Source of the DNA: a virus
Taxonomy: Duplodnaviria > Caudoviricetes
Length of the DNA: 56,304 nucleotides
IMG/VR virus record: IMGVR_UViG_3300044815_000143
Coordinates: 1-56,304 of that record
Direction: 5' to 3' (one strand)
Numbering within the stretch: the first letter of the stretch is position 1; each line of letters begins with the position of its first letter. Positions 49,644 to 56,304 of this stretch are shown in pieces. The position numbers and the translations under genes were made by a program. Below the pieces are notes generated by a model, which saw only the letters and a program-made list of their open reading frames with translations, had not been told where the DNA came from and searched no databases.

Positions 49644-50600
49644 ATGGACATTGACCCCATTGTTTTCTCTTCAAAGCATGCCTGTGATCGGGTCGCCGAG
49701 CGAACCGTGCGTGAGTTTGGCATGGAGCGGACCAACGTCCTGCACACAATTCTTCTTCAATTCATGCCCGCTTTCAAACAGATCATCACCAAGCACAAGA
49801 TGGTGCGCGGCGATCTGAAGATGCTGACCCGGAAGTATCGGGAGGTGATGGCCGCGAATCCGGCCGTGATCAACATGGAGATCGATACGATCAACGGGCC
49901 ATTGAGCACGAAGGAATCCTACGATGCTCGGGCCATTTTCATGCAAGCCGACGATAATGATCAGTTCCTCGACCTGATGGGATCACAGGCGTTCCTGACG
50001 CGCAAGGACATTGTCATCGACGTTGCGTCAGCCGATTTCAAAGTGCATCGTCACGTCCTGTCCCGGTACATGCAGCGTGAGCGCAAGGGTCCGGATCAAT
50101 TCATGACCGATCTGATGAAAGCGGTCCATGTGTCCTACGTTCTGGTTGCGGCTCTGGCGCGCAGCCGCTCGGATTTCAACATCGCCCTCCCGATCAACGA
50201 TGCCTTGCTGCTCGGCGAGTACAAGCTTCATCGAGGGTATGGAGAGAAGGTTCAGTTGAGTGTCAGCCCGTTTGGCGGCGAGGCTCCGCATGCCGTTCCG
50301 CGTGAGCAACCGAGCCTGATCAAAAATTGCCACGCCCCGGTCCGGATGATGACCTATGTGGACGGTGATTCCATGCTGAGTAGCAGGGAAGAACTACACG
50401 GCATGCTGACCGAGTTCTACCAGAAATACGAGTTCATGCTGCGCAATAGCTTCGATGCCTGTGTCCACAGCATGAAGATCGCAACGCCGGAAATGGTCGA
50501 GGCCTACGTTTCCATCCGGAGTGAGGCAAACGACGCAGCCATGAAATTGGTGAACAGCCGCGTCTGGGATTATTACGCTAGGTCTGTGCAGACCGGCTAA
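49644..50600 (+). CDS. Hypothetical protein
   Basis: 318 aa; HVLSRYMQR motif. Confidence 0.75.
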   Translation: MDIDPIVFSSKHACDRVAERTVREFGMERTNVLHTILLQFMPAFKQIITKHKMVRGDLKMLTRKYREVMAANPAVINMEIDTINGPLSTKESYDARAIFMQADDNDQFLDLMGSQAFLTRKDIVIDVASADFKVHRHVLSRYMQRERKGPDQFMTDLMKAVHVSYVLVAALARSRSDFNIALPINDALLLGEYKLHRGYGEKVQLSVSPFGGEAPHAVPREQPSLIKNCHAPVRMMTYVDGDSMLSSREELHGMLTEFYQKYEFMLRNSFDACVHSMKIATPEMVEAYVSIRSEANDAAMKLVNSRVWDYYARSVQTG

Positions 50601-51324
50601 GAACGATTTTGCCGTTCTTGGCGATGTCGTCGATGCCTTCCTTGTCCATGTAATAGAGTTTCAGCTTAACCGTGCGCTGAGCCGCCATGGTCAGGGATTT
50701 CTTCGTCCAGTACTCTGATTTCACCACGACGATCTCTTGTTTCTCGGCGCCTCCCGCGCGCTCAAGGATCGCCGCGACGTTCTTGGATAGGAACGTGGGG
50801 TTGACGATCCCATAGACGACCTTGCCGCTCTTGAGCGTGAGCATGATGAGGCTGACCGCCCGGTCGGCGATGTTCAGGTCATGATTCTTGAACGCTTCGG
50901 TACGCGGAACTTCGATACCCGAGCATGCAGAGATTTCCTTGCGCTTGGCGTTGAACGCCATGCCGTGGTTTTCGGAGAGGTTTCCGTTGTGGATGAACCA
51001 TACGTGGATCATTTCATGCAGCAAGATCGCATCGATCTCTTCCTCGGAGCGGGAGTAAGTCGAAGAAATCACGATGGACATGGAATTGGGGACGAGGGTC
51101 TTAGTGCCGGGGACCTTCTTGCCATTTCTCACTTGAGAGTGGGCGGCGAATTTGACGAACCCGCCGTACTTTTTCAGGACACCAAATTTGAGCGGGATGG
51201 TCGGAAGCTCGCCACCGAAGCACTTGCGGTTGAAATACGCATATTTTTCCTTCAGATCATATTGAATACCACCTTGGGTTTCCATGATCTGAAGAAGACG
51301 GCGAATGGGGTGACTATCGTCCAT
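50578..51324 (-). CDS. SprT-like zinc metalloprotease
   Basis: FNRKCFGGELP; ILLHEMIHVW...HGMAF. Confidence 0.8.
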   Translation of the reverse strand: MDDSHPIRRLLQIMETQGGIQYDLKEKYAYFNRKCFGGELPTIPLKFGVLKKYGGFVKFAAHSQVRNGKKVPGTKTLVPNSMSIVISSTYSRSEEEIDAILLHEMIHVWFIHNGNLSENHGMAFNAKRKEISACSGIEVPRTEAFKNHDLNIADRAVSLIMLTLKSGKVVYGIVNPTFLSKNVAAILERAGGAEKQEIVVVKSEYWTKKSLTMAAQRTVKLKLYYMDKEGIDDIAKNGKIVLSRSAQT

Positions 51325-51545
51325 GGTTACTTCTCGTTGAGCTAGAATATCGTACAATCTCAGGCTAAGTTACGCAAGTAATTATGGCGCTTAAATGCCT
51401 ATATTTGCTATATTTAGTACATAGTTCTGATCAAAATCAAGTTGTTTTTCATAGACTTTTCTATTTTTCGGCCGCGCTAAATACGATGCGCGCTGTGGAC
51501 CGGAGAATTCACGGCGATATTTTTCGAGACATTTGGGGATACAAT

Positions 51546-54500
51546 ATGGGCATTAGATACGATGGCATGAAGCTTGTTTGGCTAAACCAAGCTGCCACCA
51601 GCCAATCACTGATCGACTGGGTCAGTCCTCCTTCGGGAGATGTTGGCTCGTTTATCGGTAGCAGTGAAGTTTTGGTTCCTGTCAAGGTTCGCGTCATCAA
51701 TGGCCCCGCTCCGACGTTCGTGCTTGATTCCGGCACGCTTCCGCCCGGTCTGGTCATCGACCCGTCCACGGGAACGATGTACGGCACGCTGGGTAATGCC
51801 AACGGAAACTATTCCTATACACTGAAGGCGACGAGCGGCGACGTTTCGGCGACCCGTCAATTCAGCGCCAACGTGTCGGTCAACTCGGCTCCGGTTTGGA
51901 GCACCCCGGCGGGACCGTTGGGCGAAGCGTTCGACAACACTTTGGTCGATATCCAACTGACCGCCGACGACCCTGAAGGTATGCCGGTGACCTATGCGGT
52001 CCTGACCGGTTCTTTGCCGCGTGGTCTGAAGCTCGACGGAATCACGGGCAAGCTGTCCGGCCGTCTGGGTTCGGTGTCGGACAACACTACCTATTTCTTC
52101 ACGATCCGCGCATCGGACGGTGGCCTCAACACCGACCGCGCTTTCTCCTACACCACGGTCTATAACGCGCCTCCGGTCTGGGTGACCCCGGACTACGTCA
52201 ATGGCGGCCCTCTGGGCGGCCCTGTGATCGAAAACAAGCCCTACATGACCACACTGGTCGCCACGGACGCTACGGGCGGTCTGGCGGTCACCTACACGCT
52301 TGTTGGCGGTTCCTTGCCGACTGGTCTCGTGCTGAACAGCGTCTCCGGTGTGATCGACGGAACGGCGCCGGGCGTTTCGCGCGATCTGGATTTCCCGTTC
52401 GAGGTTTCGGCCAGCGACGGTTTCAAGGCTACTGGCCGCACCTTCCGCATCGCCGTCAAGAAGAACGTTCCGCCGGTTTGGCAGTCGAGCGGCAAGATCG
52501 GTCAAGATTTCGGTGGCGTGGATGTCTCGTACACCGTGCTGGCCGTGGACCCGAACGGTGAGGTCGTCACGTACTCGGTCGCCAACGGTAGCCAACTGCC
52601 GGACGAAACTTTCACCCTCAACTCGACCACGGGCGTTCTCGCCGGTACGCTGCCGGACGTTTCCACCCTGACCGACTACAACTTCACGCTGGTAGCCACG
52701 GACGGAATCAACGACGCGTCGCGCGCCCTGAAGATCACGGCCCTGAAGAACGCCCCGCCGGTTTGGATCACGGGCACGGACCTCGGGAACGCTCTGGAGA
52801 GCACCGCGTATTCGCGCACCCTGACCGCCACGGACCAAACCGGTGCGGCTCGCACCGTGACTTACTCGTCTCTGTCTCCCCTGCCGTCTGGTCTGAACCT
52901 GTCGGGTACGGGCGTGCTCTCGGGTACTCTCCCGTCCGTCACGACGGACACCGGCTACACGATGACCATCCAAGCGGCCATCGGCGATCAGACCACCAAC
53001 CGAGACTTCATGCTGACGGTCGAGAACAACATCGATCCAACGTGGGTCACGCCGAGTGGCCTTCTGTTCAGCACGCTGGGCAAGACCAACATTTCCTTCC
53101 AACTGGTCGGCTCCGATCCGAACATGACTCCGGTCTCGTTCTCCCTGATTTCGGGAACTTTGCCGTCCGGCATTTCGCTGTCGGCTGGTGGACTGCTGTC
53201 GGGCGTGCTTCCGGACGTTGGCAACGCCACGACGTACAATTTCACGGTCGCTCTGAGCGACGGCGTGAACATGGTCAACGAAGCGTTCTCCATCGAAGTT
53301 CTCCGCAACCTCCTGCCGGTCTGGGACACGACCGCTGGATCGCTGGGGTCGGCGTTCGAGAGCATGCCGTTCACCGCGACGATTGCGGCGCATGACCCGG
53401 AAGGCCAGCAAGTCACCTACGTCCTCGCGGTCGGCAATGTCCTGCCGTATGGTCTGGCGCTTAACCCGTATTCCGGCACGATCACCGGCACGCTTCCGAG
53501 CGTTCCGAACGACACCACCACGAATTTCACGGTCTTGGCTGACGACGGTTCGTATAACATGACCGGCCGCGCCGGGCGTGCGTTCTCGATCACCACCAAG
53601 TTCAACTCGGCTCCGGTTTGGGCCACCCCGTCCAACCTCGGTACGCCGGTCGAAGGCCGCAATTTCTCCTACCAACTGGCCGCGACGGGCGTTGGTAACG
53701 GCCCGATGGTCTACACCTTGATCAGCGGCGCTCTGCCGACCGGTCTGACGCTGACGAAGGCTGGTATGATTTCTGGAACGCTCCCGGCATCTTCGGGCCT
53801 CGACGAGTATGATTTCACGATCAACGCCTTCAACGGCATCAAGGGCGCTGACCAAGCCTTCACGCTGAGCATTGCTCAGAACGTCGCTCCGGTTTGGAAC
53901 ACGGCCGCTGGTTCGCTGGGGAGTTTCTACTTCAACAACCCTGTCTCGGTTAACCTGAGCGCCACGGACCCGAACGGCACGGCGGTGACTTTCGCCGTTG
54001 TCAGCGGCGCCCTGCCCACGGGTCTGGTTCTGGTCAACGGTACGATCTACGGGACGTTGGCGACCCGCGTTCAGACGGACACCACCGCGTCCTTCACCAT
54101 CCGTGCCAGCGACGGCGTTCTGTCGTCAGATCGTGCATTCTCCATCACCACGTTCGCCGACTCCACACCATCGTGGGTCACGACTGCTGGCGAGATCGGC
54201 GCACCGATCAAGAACAAGCCGTTCTCGTTCACCCTGCACGCCACGGACCCTGAAAACGTTGCTCTGACCTACGTCATCATTTCGGGCAGTCTGCCGTCTG
54301 GTCTAGCTCTGAACTCGAACACGGGTGTGATCTCGGGAACGACTCCGAATGTCACGTCTGCTCAAACGAGCAACTTCACGGTTCGCACGTCTGATGGCGT
54401 TCACACCGCCGACCGCGCATTCTCTATCACAGTCAACACCGACTCCCCGCCGGGCTGGGTAACGCCCGCTGGTTCGCTGGGCTCGATCCTGTCGGGCTAT

Positions 54501-56304
54501 GCCGGTAGCTTCAGCTTCTCGGCGACCGACCCTGAAGGACTGCCGCTCACCTATGCGATGACCGCTGGTACCCTGCCGACGAACATGGCGTTCAACCCAA
54601 GCGGTGGCATTACCACGAATGTTGGTGAAACCACCGTGCTGTCTTACAGCAACAGCACCTATTCGTTCACGGTCGAAGTCTCGGACGGTAACACGTCGGT
54701 TCCGCGCATTTTCTCGATCACCGTTCTGGCCAACCAAGACCCGATCTGGAGCACGCCTGCTGGATCGTTCGGAACGTTCGATGAAGGCACGGTCATCTCC
54801 AACACCGTGGTCGCTACCGACCCCGAAGGCCTGTCGGTCCTGTACAGCATCACTAGCGGCGCCCTGCCGACTGGCCTGTCGTTCAACGGCACGTCGGGCG
54901 CGATCACGGGAACGATTGGCGCGGTCTCGACCGATACCAATTACAATTTCGAAGTTTCCGCCTTCGACGGCAAGCGCACGGTCGCCCGTTCGTTCGCCTA
55001 CACCGTTCGCTTCGCCTCCCCGCCTGCGTTCTCGACGGGAGCGAACCTCGGTTCGCAACTGGAACAGACCGTGTTCACGGCCAACATCGTGGCGACCGCC
55101 AACGGTCACCCGATCACTTACACGGCCAACACCGGTTCGACCCTGCCTCCGGGCCTGTCTCTGAACGCCAACACGGGCGTTCTCTCGGGTACGCTGGGCA
55201 CGGTCACGGGCGACACCGCCTACACCTTCACGCTGCGCGCGACCGACAACGTCACGACGAAGTTCTCGACCCGTCTGTTCTCGCTGACGGTTCTCCAGAA
55301 CCTCGCTCCGGTCTGGGTCACTCCGGCTGGAAGCCTGTTCAACAACCTCGCTGGCACGCCTTACTCGGTCACGGTTTCGGCCACGGACCCGAACGGCACG
55401 CCGGTCACCCTGTCGCTTGTCAGTGGAACCCTGCCGACTGGCGGTTCGTTCGATGCGAATACGGGCGTGATCTCCGGCAATCTTCCGACCGTTTCGAACA
55501 ACACCACCTACAGCTTCACGTTGGGTGCTTCGGATGGCGCGATCCGTACTGATCGCAATTTCTCGATCACCTCGCAGTACGATTCGGTTCCGGTCTGGAC
55601 CACCAATTCGGCTCTGGGTACGTACTCGGAAAGCCTGCCGTGGTCGTACCATTTCGTCGCCGTGGACCCGAACGGTCGTTCGGTGACTTACTCGCTGGCG
55701 AACTCGACGACATTGCCGGGAACGAGCCAACTGCTGTCGAACGGCTATGTCTACGGCACGTTGCCGTCTTCAGTTGGAACGACCACTCCGAGCTTCGATC
55801 TGGCTGCGACGGACGGTACGCAAATCGCTTATCGCACGTTCACGATGACGGTCAACGAGAACCAAGCTCCGGTTTGGGTCACCAACTCGGCTCTGGCCAA
55901 CGCAGTCGAAAATTCACAGTACCTCGTCACGCTGGTTGCTACCGACGCGGACGGCGATGTTCTCACCTATACGATGGTCAACAGCGCGGCGCTGCCGGGC
56001 AACATCACGCTGGCGACCAATGGTCAGGTAAGCGGCACGGCTCCGAACCTGAACGGCGATCTTCCGGTCACCTTTACTTCGCGCGTCACCGATGCTCGTG
56101 GCAAATGGGCTGAGCGTACCTTCACCTTCGTGGTGAAGAACGACACCAGTTACATGGACCCGTCGTCGGACAAGGTCACGTTCCTTGCCCACTTCGACAC
56201 CAACCCGGACCCATACTGGGCGAACGTCGCCGTTCTGTCGAACTTCGACGCGGGCCGTATCAACAACGTGACCGGCGCGACCATGAGCGCGGTTCAGGGA
56301 TCGG
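51546..56304 (+). CDS. Giant Ig-like repeat virion protein (about 16 He_PIG/cadherin-like repeats, then start of a LamG-like region; runs off right edge; absent from ORF track)
   Basis: MGIRYDGMKLVW...; roughly 90-aa units N.aPVW.T..G.LG...ATDP.G..vTY....G.LP.GL.L...TG.i.G.lP......y.FTv.AsDG.....R.F; ends DPYWANVAVLSNFD. Confidence 0.88.
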   Translation, partial: MGIRYDGMKLVWLNQAATSQSLIDWVSPPSGDVGSFIGSSEVLVPVKVRVINGPAPTFVLDSGTLPPGLVIDPSTGTMYGTLGNANGNYSYTLKATSGDVSATRQFSANVSVNSAPVWSTPAGPLGEAFDNTLVDIQLTADDPEGMPVTYAVLTGSLPRGLKLDGITGKLSGRLGSVSDNTTYFFTIRASDGGLNTDRAFSYTTVYNAPPVWVTPDYVNGGPLGGPVIENKPYMTTLVATDATGGLAVTYTLVGGSLPTGLVLNSVSGVIDGTAPGVSRDLDFPFEVSASDGFKATGRTFRIAVKKNVPPVWQSSGKIGQDFGGVDVSYTVLAVDPNGEVVTYSVANGSQLPDETFTLNSTTGVLAGTLPDVSTLTDYNFTLVATDGINDASRALKITALKNAPPVWITGTDLGNALESTAYSRTLTATDQTGAARTVTYSSLSPLPSGLNLSGTGVLSGTLPSVTTDTGYTMTIQAAIGDQTTNRDFMLTVENNIDPTWVTPSGLLFSTLGKTNISFQLVGSDPNMTPVSFSLISGTLPSGISLSAGGLLSGVLPDVGNATTYNFTVALSDGVNMVNEAFSIEVLRNLLPVWDTTAGSLGSAFESMPFTATIAAHDPEGQQVTYVLAVGNVLPYGLALNPYSGTITGTLPSVPNDTTTNFTVLADDGSYNMTGRAGRAFSITTKFNSAPVWATPSNLGTPVEGRNFSYQLAATGVGNGPMVYTLISGALPTGLTLTKAGMISGTLPASSGLDEYDFTINAFNGIKGADQAFTLSIAQNVAPVWNTAAGSLGSFYFNNPVSVNLSATDPNGTAVTFAVVSGALPTGLVLVNGTIYGTLATRVQTDTTASFTIRASDGVLSSDRAFSITTFADSTPSWVTTAGEIGAPIKNKPFSFTLHATDPENVALTYVIISGSLPSGLALNSNTGVISGTTPNVTSAQTSNFTVRTSDGVHTADRAFSITVNTDSPPGWVTPAGSLGSILSGYAGSFSFSATDPEGLPLTYAMTAGTLPTNMAFNPSGGITTNVGETTVLSYSNSTYSFTVEVSDGNTSVPRIFSITVLANQDPIWSTPAGSFGTFDEGTVISNTVVATDPEGLSVLYSITSGALPTGLSFNGTSGAITGTIGAVSTDTNYNFEVSAFDGKRTVARSFAYTVRFASPPAFSTGANLGSQLEQTVFTANIVATANGHPITYTANTGSTLPPGLSLNANTGVLSGTLGTVTGDTAYTFTLRATDNVTTKFSTRLFSLTVLQNLAPVWVTPAGSLFNNLAGTPYSVTVSATDPNGTPVTLSLVSGTLPTGGSFDANTGVISGNLPTVSNNTTYSFTLGASDGAIRTDRNFSITSQYDSVPVWTTNSALGTYSESLPWSYHFVAVDPNGRSVTYSLANSTTLPGTSQLLSNGYVYGTLPSSVGTTTPSFDLAATDGTQIAYRTFTMTVNENQAPVWVTNSALANAVENSQYLVTLVATDADGDVLTYTMVNSAALPGNITLATNGQVSGTAPNLNGDLPVTFTSRVTDARGKWAERTFTFVVKNDTSYMDPSSDKVTFLAHFDTNPDPYWANVAVLSNFDAGRINNVTGATMSAVQGS

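Noticed and set aside
51600-56140. DNA-level tandem repeat or diversity-generating retroelement template
   Set aside because: Repeats are degenerate protein-domain repeats; no reverse transcriptase or adenine-specific TR/VR pair seen

Overview
56 kb segment of a GC-rich, T4-related jumbo myophage that probably infects an alphaproteobacterium (inferred from a MucR/Ros homologue, alphaproteobacterial-type PncB/NadE/IleRS and TTGAC-N17-GCTA-like promoters). The left end (1-11.7 kb, minus strand) is a late virion module: a giant structural protein running off the edge, baseplate wedge gp6- and gp25-like proteins, a tail fibre with an S74 chaperone, an Ig-domain protein and a nucleotidyltransferase. 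The right end (51.5 kb onward) encodes a protein with about 16 Ig-like repeats that also runs off the edge. The middle is a dense host-takeover/anti-defence region. It holds a complete deamidating NAD+ salvage operon (NadM-Nudix, PncB, PncA, NadE), ADP-ribose erasers (ARH, macrodomain, NADAR), two ADP-ribosyltransferase-like genes, a RelA/SpoT-type HD hydrolase, a 2H phosphoesterase, MetRS, IleRS, GroES, MucR, a C5 methyltransferase with a nested alternative-frame ORF, and a QueC-like gene. Non-coding highlights are: (i) an Arg-codon leader peptide (MTYTISRRRR) in front of a D-armless tRNA-Arg(UCU)-like RNA and a canonical tRNA-Arg(CCU); (ii) two tandem, covarying, Y-RNA-like hairpin RNAs directly upstream of a RING/TROVE-like/TerD gene; (iii) a roughly 750-nt intergenic region with nested long-range helices; (iv) a TAAATA element about 5 nt before late start codons. 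Four genes are broken by one extra base in a homopolymer, probably sequencing error. All assignments come from motif recognition by eye; no database searches were run.
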